Positions 49,678 to 61,684 of a stretch of DNA of 64,000 nt are shown in pieces. The translations under genes and the position numbers were made by a program. Every line of letters starts with the position of its first letter. Positions within the stretch are counted from its first letter, which is position 1. The stretch covers positions 62,001-126,000 of the forward strand of contig JAPDFW010000125.1 in the NCBI GenBank assembly GCA_028826165.1, in the 5' to 3' direction. The notes beneath the pieces are model-generated. The model was not told the DNA's origin, did not search any database, and saw only the letters and a program-made list of their open reading frames with translations. This DNA comes from Anaeramoeba ignava BMAN (lineage: Eukaryota; Protista; Anaeramoebae).

Positions 49678-52600
49678 ATGAATTTAGAAAAGGTAAATTT
49701 AATAAATAATTCCTTTTAAAAATAATTTTAAAAATAATTTCATGTTATTTGTTTATTTTTGTTTTAAAAATTAATTACATAATTAAACTCAAAAAAATAA
49801 GAATTAATACAAATCAAATCTCAAAAACATAAGAATTAAATCATAATAAAAAAAGATCAAATAACAAAAAAACAAAGAAAAACAAAATCCATTTTTTAAT
49901 TTTATAAAAAAATAATAAAAAAAATTTATATTAAATATTTAAAAGTTAAATTCTAAAATTATTGAAGAACAAAATCCTCAAAATTTAATTGATCTTCTTC
50001 TTCCAAATTTAAAATGGAATTTTTTAAATGTAAAAAAATTTAAATTTAAATTAAAATTGAATTAAAAATTAAAATTAAAATTTAAAAAAAATTTAAATTA
50101 AAAAGAAAGCAAACTTAAATGAATGGAAAAATGTTCTTAACAAATTTCAAGATATTTTCAAAGAACAAGGATTATCAAATTCAATACAAAAAAATTTAGA
50201 AAAAAAACATCAACTTAATTCAACTTTAATATTTACAATTTTAAAATTTATTAAAACATTACTTAGCAATACAAATAAAAATTTATCTTCATTTAATTTA
50301 GAACAAGATATTTTAAATTTTATTTACTTGGGTGATGAATATTTATTACTTAGTTTAGATATAATTCGTGTCTTTTATTCTCAAGTTAATTTTACAGATT
50401 CTTTTAATTATAAAAAATTAAAAAATCAAAATTCCAAAAAATCTTGGGATTTAATTGTTTTTGAATCTCTATTTCATTTCGCAAATCCAATATTATTCAA
50501 TTCAAAATCAATTCCATTTACATTTTTAGATTCTTTCCATAATGAATTCAATCAAAATTTAAAACAAAAAGTATTCAATTTAAAATTAAACAAAAATTTT
50601 AATTAAAATTAATTAATTAAAATTAATTAAATTAATAGAAATATGGGAAAATAAGCTTTGGATTCTTTGTTTCAGATCAAAATGAAAATCAAGAAGAACT
50701 TCTTCAAAAAATGGAAATTGATTTTAATGAATGGAAAGGATCTCCAGTTGATCATCTTCAAAAACTTTATTCACAAAACCAAGAAATTGATAAATTTTCA
50801 GAAATCATTTTGACAAATTATTTTTTATTTCAAAATTTCCAAAAAGATCCAAATTTATTTTCTCAAATTAGACTTAAAGCATTAAGAACTCTATTTTCAA
50901 TTCTTCCTAGAAATAATATTTTTGTTGAACAAATTAAGAAAAATGAACCAAATTTAATTCAACAATTAAATGATCTTATACTTACAGAAGAAAAAATTGA
51001 TTATGTAAATTTTATTCACTTTAATCAAAAAAGCAAACGAAGAATAATATAACAATAATTTGAAAATTATTTAAAAATTAGAAACTTCGATTTTTAGCTT
51101 TAGATCTTTTAAAAGAAATTTTTTTACACTCTTCATTTGAAACATTAATTTTCTCCAAAATTGATTTCATTACCCCAAAAGAAACACAATCAAAAAAACA
51201 AACAATTTCAGAAATGATTCAATCTCGTTGTTTAAGTTTTAATGAATCTCTGAAAGATGATGAATATGATATCAATGTTAAGATTCTTCAAAAACTAATG
51301 AAATTTTTAAAGAAAATTTCCGCATCTCAAAATGGGAAATTTATTTATCAAGAAAAAATCCATGGATCTTTTCTCCTTCAACTTTAATCACAGAAAATAT
51401 TAACCAAAAAACACTAAAACTCAACAAAATTATCATTAATACTTGGTATTATCTTTCAATTCGAAATGACCAATTTGCATCTTTTCTGAAGGATCAAAAC
51501 TTACCAGAAAAATTGATAAAAATTATTGAGTCTCATTTGAAATTAAATGTTCAAAAAAAGCAATTAAATTTAATGCTCTTTTCAAACAGACAAATGATGT
51601 CGTATATTAATTGTTGTTTTTCGCTTCTTAGTTTATTTACTTCAAAATTCGGAAATGAATTGAAAGAAAAAATATCAAAATCATTTGTTCCGCAAATTAT
51701 TCAAAATATATTCAAAAACCAAGAATTGTGTGAAAAATCTCATAATTTATATATTCGAGTTAGTGCGCTTTTTTTATGAAATATCCCATCACCAAAACAT
51801 GATATCGTCATCTCAAGAAAAAAAAATATTAAACCATTTTGTCCAAATCACAAAACAAATTCTTCCTTCTATTGAAGAAAATGGAATCAATATAATTTTT
51901 ATGATTATATCATTCTTTTCTAAAAAGGAAAAAACAGCAAAAATTATTTCTTCACAACAATTTATCGAGTCTTTTCTCAGAGCTTTGATAATTCCACAAT
52001 TTGCAAATACAATGAAAAATTCACTTGCAGATGAAATTGGGCAATTATTAGATAATATTATAAATCTTATCCCAAATGTTCATGATAATGTTATGGAAAT
52101 GATTATCACTCTCCTTCAAGAAATCTCTAAATTCCAAAATGAAAAACAAAATGAAGATTTAGAGAAAAGCAAATATCAAAATTTCCAGTCTTCAATTGAT
52201 ATTATGAGTCAATTTCTACTCAAATTCCTCAGTTATAAAGACAATTTATCTTCATTTATTAAAAAAAAGGGGGTTGAAGCATTACTTAATGTTTTTACAT
52301 CTGAAAATTTATCAGAAGATTTATCAGTTGAAAATACTTCAAATTCATTAATAAGATTGTTGTTTCATTTTCTTCTTCGATCTCGCATTGAATTTTTTAA
52401 TCCAATGTTTGTGGTTGTGGATGAATATTTTAAAGGATTTGAAAAATTATCTTCTTCATTGCAATATTTACAAACAGCTTGTGTTTATATGAAAATTTTA
52501 TCCCATCTTATCCATTTCAAACCAGAAAATAAACAACAACAAACGATTGTGATATTGATATCGAAAGAATTGCAATACTATCATCAAATCGGATTGGATG

Positions 52601-55600
52601 AAAAGTTATGGATTTTGTTAAATGAACTTGAATGGGGAAATATTGAAAATTCATTTAAAAATAAGTTGTCTAATAATATAGAAAATATTCCCAATGAGAA
52701 TGATGAAAAAGATGAGAAAACAAAAACAAGTAAAAAGGAATCTTTATTAAATCAATATAAAAAATCATTGGAAAATTATATAGAAGAATTCTTTATTGGA
52801 GTTAGTCATATTACTACATTGTCTTTGTTTATTGAAAAAGATGGAGACAAAAAAACAGCTTCTCCACCTTCAGAACAAGCACTCGAAATTTCATCAACAA
52901 CTGCTAATTTGATGATATCCCAGTTTAATTTCTTGATATCAAAACAAAAACAATCAAAAGAATTTAAATTAGAGCATCTTCTTTTCATCATTTCTCTTCT
53001 TAAAAGATCAGACAAAATGCTAATTCTTAAAATACCTAAAATCACACAATCTGAAATTCTCGATACACTACTTCTAACAAATTTGTATTATAAAGGATTT
53101 ATTAAATCACTGATCAATTTATTTAAGGATATTGTTTCAATTCCAAAAGAAAGTTTATCATCTTTGACACAATCTGAAAAAATGCAAAGTAATCAAGAAG
53201 ATACAAAATCGCAATCCCAAAATGCAATTAATGCTTATGATCAATGCTTGGAAAGCTTTATCCAGTTATTTATACCGATTACTTCTTTTAAAAGCGTTCT
53301 ATCATCTCCAATCTCATCTTCTATTAATGGATTCAAATTTCCTTTCATTTCTAATCCATTAAACATTGAAAATTTTTCTTATACTTTACAAAAAGATATT
53401 ATATACAAAATCACTGAACAGATATGGATTCAAGACTTCAAAGGATTATTTTCTCAAGAAAGATATCCAACACAATTTTTGAAGCAAATCATACTTACAG
53501 TGGGGTTTGTTCTTGATGAATCCAATGAAAAAACAATGGAGAAAATCAAGAAAATTGCAGACGAAAACATGAAAAATACATCAGCAGAATTACTAGGAGC
53601 AAAGAAAAACATAAGAAGTGTTAATCAAGATTTAGTGAATATTCTTGTTGATATGGGATTCCAAAGAAAGCATGCTGAAAGAGCATTAAAAGAAGTTGGT
53701 GGTGATAGTCTTGAAGCAGCAACAGAATGGATGATCTCAAATCCTATTCAGGAAGATGATCTCCAATTACAAGATGACCAAATACTTGATCAAATTCTAA
53801 AGGAGTCTTTAGGAGAGAAGGAAAAAAAACAAGAAGATGAAAAGCAAACCCAAGAATTTAGACAAAATTTTGTTGATAATATCGAGAAAGATTTATTTTC
53901 TAAATTGTTTAATTTATTAAACAACAGGAAATTTGGTGAAATTGAAAACGAAGTTGCAAGTATTTTCAAATATCAATCCCAAAAGCAAGAAGATCCTCAA
54001 ATTTTGTGTTCTATGATAATTTCAGAATTCCAAGAAAAACTTCAAAAAGCATACAATATGAAAGTTGAATCTAATGTTATATTGGATGAAAACAATCAAA
54101 TTCGAGAGCAGAGACTAAATGTTTTGATTAAAACTTTCGCTCTATTTCTTTATTCACCAGAAATTTTTGAACTTGAACACGTTCAGGCTCTCGAAATAAA
54201 TGATGAAGATAAGTTCCATCAAGAGCTTATTATAATGAGTAGAGAATCAGGAATAGTTGAAATTTTATTCCAAGTTATCGAAGATTTTGTGGAAGATTGT
54301 GAAAAAATGAAAGAATCCAAAGAAAAAATATGGAAACCATATATAACATCAGGATTGCTTGCATTAGAAATGCTTGTTCCATCATCAGAAGATCGAAAAA
54401 AAGAAAATGATTTTGATGAAAAAAAAGATTTCTATAAAAAAATGATTGTTGTTGGTGTGAAATTACTACAAATAATACCTTCTGAATTGGAGGCTTTCCA
54501 AGCTCTTTTACAATTTATTTCTAAATTAATTTCTGAATTTGGATTGGCATCAAAATTTGTGGATTTAAATGGGTTGAAATATCTTATTGAAATGAATATT
54601 GATCAATACAATTTCCCTCTCAACAAAATAAACCCACTCTATTATACAATATTACGTGAAGTTATTGAAGATCCAGAAACAATACAACATTGTATGGAAA
54701 ATGAAATTATATCCTCATTTTTTTATCAATTTGAACCAGAATTTACAGCTGATTTTACTTTATTGGTTCGTAATTATTCTCGAATGATTTGCAAAAATTT
54801 TGATATTTTCATGAAAAGTTTATTAAATGTGTGTAAATTCCAATCTCTAGATTTAAATACAAATCAAAAAGTATGTCTTGTTGATGAAAAGCAAATAAAA
54901 GAAAGATTTAAAAAGGAAATTCCAAAGGAAAACCATAAATGGATCATTTCGAAATTGATGGATTCTCTTTCTGAGAGAATAAAATTACAGAATTTAAATT
55001 TAAATACCAAATTCAACGATTTCAATAGCAATAACAAAGAACCATCAATTAATTTTGTACTTGATACATTGATTCATTTAGTAAAATCATTTCCTGACCA
55101 ATTTAGTGAAGTTATATTGAAATCAATTGTTAAAATTGAAAAGGATGATACAGTTGTTGAAATTGAATTTCCAGAATTAGTTTTGAAATTTTTGATTTTA
55201 GTTTCTCCTGAAAGATCATTCGAGTTATTCACCTTGATTTGTTCAAATAGAAATGTTAATGGAGAAATTTTGAGGAAAGCATTTAATCTGATTTCAGATG
55301 ATTTAAATGAATATGTAAATAAGATTGAGAAGGATTCCTCAATTTTCTTGTGCAAACATGTTCATATGTTGATTGACATGATCTTTGTATTATCCAAAAT
55401 GTTTGGATTTCCAGGAATTTTAGATTTCTCAACAATGGAGCGATTTTTTGAGACAATTTTATTTAAAGTTTTCTATGAAGAACGTCGCCAAGAAATTGTG
55501 AATAATTTGATTAATATACTCAACAAAATTGATATAACAAATCCTGAACTTATATTTCTAATTGTTTCAACCTTGCGTTTTCTTGAGATATATAGTAGAG

Positions 55601-58600
55601 TTTTATACGTTCCTCAGAATAGATTATTGAAATTACAAGATGATTTAAATACAAATAAAATTCAGGTTGTTTCAATTTCAAAAGAAGAAATTTCAGATCT
55701 TATTAATAGAATTAATGAAATCAAAACTCGTTTTGTGGAATTTTTGAAAGTCAAACAAGGGAATGAACAAGATCAAAATATTTACAATACATATTTAGTA
55801 GCTTTACAAAAAGAAGGAGTGATTGATTTCGATGATATTACTGATAGTCAAACAACAAAAGTTGATGAAATTAACAGCAAGAAGCGTGTTATCAAGCAAT
55901 TAAAACCATTACATCACCCAATTTTTGAGGAATATGAAGATTTCCTCATCATTTTTTTTACTTCAAACACAAATGAAGAGAATAAAAAGAATAACGATAA
56001 TGCTGATAAACAGCAAGCTTCTCAACATCAAAGTTTGGGGAATTTGGATAAAATACATCATCTTCAAATATTTGGTCGGAATTTGTTTAATAAATTTGAA
56101 CCAAAGAATAGAAGCCAAAAGAAAAAGAAAAAATATGAAAAAAATGAAGGATTATCCTTTTTAGAACAATATTCATTGTTATTACAATCCAAAATTCAAA
56201 ATCCGTTACTTGAAAAAACGAAAAAAGAAGAAAAAAAAGAAAAAGAAGATACAAAAAAAGAAGAAGAAATTGAGGAATTTTTTGAAGAACTTGATCCATC
56301 AATTTTGGAAGTGCTTCCTGAAGATTTGAGATTGGAAGCAATTGAAAATCATGAAAAGAAAAGAGCAGAATTTATACAAAAACAAAAATCGAAAAAAAAA
56401 CAAGAAAATACAACAGAACCAACACAAGACAGCAGTGAGGTTGATAATGCAGTTTTTGTTGCATCACTGCCTTTTGATTTACGTAAGGAAGTTTATTTGA
56501 CTTGTGATGAAGCTTTCTTGAAATCATTACCACCAAATCTCAGAGCAGAAGCAGATAATATTCGCAATAAAGTTCTCAATGAATTGCAAGGAAATCAACC
56601 ACAAAATAGTGTGAATAGACTCCAATACAATGATATTTGCGATTCACTTAAGGAGACAGTGGGGTTAAATAGATCCAAAATAATCCAATTTATGGAAATT
56701 GTGAATCAAGAAGTTAATAAAGAGGTTCCAGTTATTGATGAATTTGGAATCAGTCAAATTGTGAAATTAAGTTCTTTGTATGGAAGCGATTTATTTGGAA
56801 CAACTATTGAAAGATTTTTGATTGAAACAATATATAATTTGTGCCAGCATCAAGATTTGAAAATTAAAGTAGTTAATGTTTTACTTTCTATTATTGGATG
56901 TTCAAAACCAAGAGAAATTAACAAAATTTTGAACATGGAAATTAAAGAAGATATAAAACAGGAAAATGTAACAATGAGCAAATTGAGTGATTTCACAAAG
57001 AAAATAGGATATTTTATTTTCGAATCTGAGTTTAAATCTGAGCAAAATGAAAATATTTCAAGAAATGAAAAGGAATCATTTGCTCTAACAACTGAAACAA
57101 TTTTGACTGAAGCAACAATTCCATTTGGAATTGTAAATCATGTTTTTGATCTTATGACTTCCTTAATCAATCTCGATAGTGTTTGTGATTATTTAGTTTA
57201 TCCTCAAGAAAAACAAGAGAAAAATAATGAGAATATTCAAATTGAAAATGTTTCTCCAAATAACCAATTTACATTTTTCGCAGAATTGCTTCATATTTTC
57301 TCAAGAATTGCATTTGAATCGAAATCTGATGCTTTAGTTTCGAAAAACTTTACAATTATGGAAAAATTAGCGAAATATATAGAAAATGAAAAGGAGGAGC
57401 AAAAAGCAGAAATTCCATTTGTATCTGAAGAATATATCAAAACATTTGTTGATTTCATCTTGAATAACTCATTTGGAGAATCTTTTCTTGAAAGAGGGAT
57501 AAGTCTTCTTGAATTTCTTATATTAAACCCAAAAAATTGCGAAAAGACACTTTCTGTATTGATTTCTGTTTCCAAAAAACTAGGAGATGAAGTTTTTAGA
57601 AGTCTCAAGTCTTTCCATCGTGATTTAACAAAGACGATCCAAAATGGAATGAAAAAATTCCCTGAATTATCCAAATATGATAAAATGAAGAATCCTAAAT
57701 TTATTCGTGTGATAAAAACATTTGTTCGTTCAATTCGACAATATCGACGAGAATATGCTAAAAATTTCGCAAAAAAAATCCCAGATAGTACAGAAAAGCC
57801 ACTTAATCCAAATTATTTAAGATCACAATTAAAATTTGAGAATTTGCAAAAAACATTTGGGAATTGTCTTGTGAAAGTGTTTCAGTTTAAAAATCAACAG
57901 GAAGGAGAACAAAAAGAGAATGAAACTGATTCTCAAAACAAAAAAGATTTATCACAAGAATTTGAAGAACCGACAATTCCAATAACAAAAGAAACAACAG
58001 TGAATTTTCTTAAAATTTTATCACCAATTATCCAAGTATTTTGTTTGTTATTTTTACCAGAAAAAGGAGATTCATTCAATAATTCTAAATTTAGAAATGA
58101 AAATGAAAAAGAAAACGAAAATGAAGATGAAAAAGAAAAAGAAAAAGATGATGAAAAAGAAAAAGGGAAAAAAACTCGATTGAGAAGATTGGAGAGTATT
58201 GTATCAACACTTTCTAGTGATTATTCAATGAAAAATGATCAAGAATCAATTTCTTTCATTTCAATGATTACACAGCATCGCAAGATAATTAACAACATAA
58301 TTGCAGAAAATCCAAATTTACTAAGTCAAGAATTATCAGTGTTGAAACTAGTTCCAAACTTGATTGATTTTGACAATAAAAGAAAGTATTTTTACGAGGC
58401 ATTGCATGCGAATCAAGAGAATAATTATGGGAGTGTATCATTAACAATACGAAGAAGCAAAATACTGGAAGATTCATACAATCAATTACGGCATCAATCA
58501 GTACAAAAATTGCATGGAGGATTGCGAATCAAATTTACAGGAGAAGAGGCAGCAGATGCAGGAGGAGTAAGACGAGATTGGTTTTCGAATCTAACCAAAG

Positions 58601-59502
58601 CGATGTTCAATCCAGGATATGCTTTGTTTGCACCGACAAACAAAAAGGACTCAACTTATCAACCAAATCGATTTTCTTATATCAATCCTGTTCATTTGGA
58701 TTATTTTAATTTTGTTGGGAAAATTATTGGCAAGGCAATTTATGATGGGATTTGTTTGGATGCATATTTTACACGCTCTTTTTATAAGCACATGCTGGGG
58801 ATTCCTGTTACTTACCATGATATGGAGGCTATTGATAATGAATATTATAAGAGTTTGAAATGGATGCTTGAGAATGATATCACAGGAATTCTCGATCTTG
58901 TTTTTTCTGCTGATTTTGAAGAATTTGGAAATACTGTTGCTGTTGATTTAATTCCTAATGGAAGGAATATTCCTGTAACTGAACAGAATAAACGAGCTTA
59001 TGTTAAATTAGTTTGTGAGCTGAAAATGACAAAATCAATTGAATCTCAAATTAAATCTTTTTTGCAAGGTTTTCATGCTTTAATTCCGCGTGATTTAATT
59101 TCCATTTTCGATGAAAACGAGTTGGAATTGCTTATTTCGGGTCTTCCAACAATTGATATTTCTGATCTTCGTGCGAATGTGAATTATAGTGGATACACAG
59201 AAAGCAGTTCGCAAATCAAGTGGTTTTGGGAAATTGTTGAATCTTTTGATCAAGAACAACGAGCAAAACTTCTTTTATTTGTTACAGGAACTTCAAAAGT
59301 TCCTCTTGATGGATTTTCTGCTCTTCAAGGAATGAATGGTTTACAAAAATTCCAGATTCATCGTACTGGTGATTTGAGAAGGCTTCCTAGTGCTCATACT
59401 TGTTTTAATCAACTTGATCTTCCTGAATATAAAACTCAAGATGCTATGAGACAAAAATTGGTTTATGCGATTAATGAAACAAAAGGATTTGGTTTTATTT
59501 AG
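49678..59502 (+). CDS. Giant HECT E3 ubiquitin ligase, HUWE1/Tom1/UPL1-like. Several 5' introns; apparent frameshifts at ~51400-51780
   Basis: UBA (LVDMGFQRKHAERAL), UBM repeats (LDPSILEVLPEDLR, FVASLPFDLR), HECT with catalytic LPSAHTCFNQLDLP and terminal GFGFI. Candidate ATG at 49678 is followed by a GT donor. Confidence 0.9.
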
Positions 59503-59504
59503 AA

Positions 59505-60240
59505 TTTACAAACAATTTTCAAACAATTTACATTAAAAATTTAAAAGAGATTTATAAACAATTTACATTAAAATTTTGAAAGAGATTTACAAACAATTTC
59601 ACAAACAAATTTATAAACAATTTTACAAACAAATTTATAAACAATTTTACAAACAATTTTACAAATAATTTTACAAACAAATTTACAAACAATTTTACAA
59701 ACAATTTTACAAACAATTTTACAAACAAATTTACAAACAATTTTACATTAAGATTTATAAACAAATTTACAAACAATTTTACAAACAAATTTACAAATAA
59801 TTTTACAAACAGATTTGCAAACAATTTTATAAACAGATTTACATTAAAAATTTTAAAAGAGATTTACAAACAATTTTCAAACAATTTTACAAACAATTTT
59901 GAAAGAGATTTATAAACAATTTTACAAACAATTTTACAAACAAATTTACAAACAAATTTATAAACAATTTATAAACAATTTACAAACAATTTCACAAACA
60001 AATTTACATACAAATTTACAAACAAATTTACATACAAATTTACATACAAATTTCACAAACAAATTTATAAACAATTTTACAAACAATTTTACAAACAAAT
60101 TTACAAACAATTTTATAAATAATTTTATAAACAATTTTACAAACAATTTTACAAACAATTTCACAAACAATTTACAAACAATTTACATTAAAATTTTACA
60201 AACAATTTTACAAACAATTTTACAAACAATTTATATTAAA
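59505..60240. repeat. 12-bp minisatellite (ACAAACAATTTT)n, intergenic
   Basis: Read directly. Confidence 0.9.
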
Positions 60241-60431
60241 AATTTTGAAAGAGATTTATATCAAATCATAAATTGGAAAGATTATTTTGAAAATCTTTTT
60301 ATTTTCTTCTTAATTTTTTTCTTTTTTTTTTTTCAAACAAAATTCAAAAATGAAAAATCATTTTTTTCCTTTTTTTTATTTACTTATTTTTATTCTTATT
60401 TTATTTACTTTTCTTCTTTAAAAAAAAGAAA

Positions 60432-61531
60432 ATGGAAAAAACTGAAGAATTATCAGAATTATTATTTAAACTTCAAATTGAAAATGAAAATGAAAATGAA
60501 ATTGAAAATGAAAATGAAAATGAAAATGAAAATGAAAATGAAAATGGAAATCAAAATGGAAATGGAAATCAAATTGGAAATGGAAATCAAAATGAATTCA
60601 TAAAACAAAATGATTGGGAAATTTTAAGAAACTTAATAGAAAATTTCCCTATATCTTTAAAAACAAGAGAATCAAAAGAAATTATTAATTTAAGCATTTA
60701 TATATTTATGGCAATGATAAAAATCAATAAAGATTCAATTAATATAATGAAATCAAATAATTTAGTTTTAAAAATTAAACAAATTTTTATTGAGAAAATT
60801 GAAGATCAAGAAATAAAAGACAAATTTTATGATGATATAATATTGAATTTATTAAAACTCTTTTCATTCATTATATCTAAAACATCAAAAGAAGTTCCCA
60901 ATGCTGAGCAAGTATTTGATTTGGTGTTTGTGGAGTCTTTATTTGGAATATTAAATGAAGATCATCAAAATGTTAAAATTTATAAAGCTTGTGTTGAATC
61001 AATAATTTGCTTTAATTTCCAACAAAAATCGACAAATTGGATTTTGGAAAAGATTCGAAGACAAGATCTTGATGTTGTTTCATTTGGAGAGTTATTGATT
61101 TTGTACTTGAATAAAGTGAAGGATCGTTCATTAAAATTTCTCGCTTTGATTTTTTTAGAACAACTTTTTTCAGATAAAAATGCAAATTCTCATTCTTTTT
61201 TTTATGATAATGATTTGGTTGTTCTTGTTGATTTAATAATTCGAGAATTGAATAATTTAGTCTTAGAAGAAAAAACTGTAAGTCAAAAAGAAAAAGAAAA
61301 AGAAAAAGCAAAAAAAAAGTGGAACAAAAAATTATTTTTATTTTTATTTTTTAGATTATCAAACAATTTTTAAAAGTACTTTTTTTCATTTTGAAAAGTT
61401 CAGTTTACAAATCAAATGATCGAAATTCTGATATAATTTCAACATGTGAAAGTATAGTTCAAAAAGAAGAAGAAATTAAATCATTAAAAAAAAATGCCAA
61501 AAAAATTTTAGAACTTTTTAAAACAAATTAA
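60432..61531 (+). CDS. SPIN90/Ldb17 (NCKIPSD/WDS family) Arp2/3-activator-like protein. Exons 60432-61277 and 61355-61531
   Basis: FGELLILYLNK and FFYDNDLVVLVDLIIRELNNL resemble the SPIN90/Ldb17 leucine-rich domain. Intron 61278-61354 (GTAAGT...TTTAG) gives an open second exon to TAA at 61531. Confidence 0.72.
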
Positions 61532-61684
61532 CAAATTAATAAATTAACAAATTAAGAAATTAAGAAATTAAGAAATTAAGAAATTATTAAAGTTTTTTTT
61601 TATATAAATGACATTTTAAAAAAAAGATTGTTGTTTTGTTTGTTTGAATTAAAGTTAAAGTTAAAGTTAAAGTTAAAGTTAAAA

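Noticed and set aside
59505-60240. Telomeric repeat, or coding ORFs 59552..59824 and 59899..60603
   Set aside because: An internal degenerate 12-mer between two genes; the translations are simple repeat read-through.
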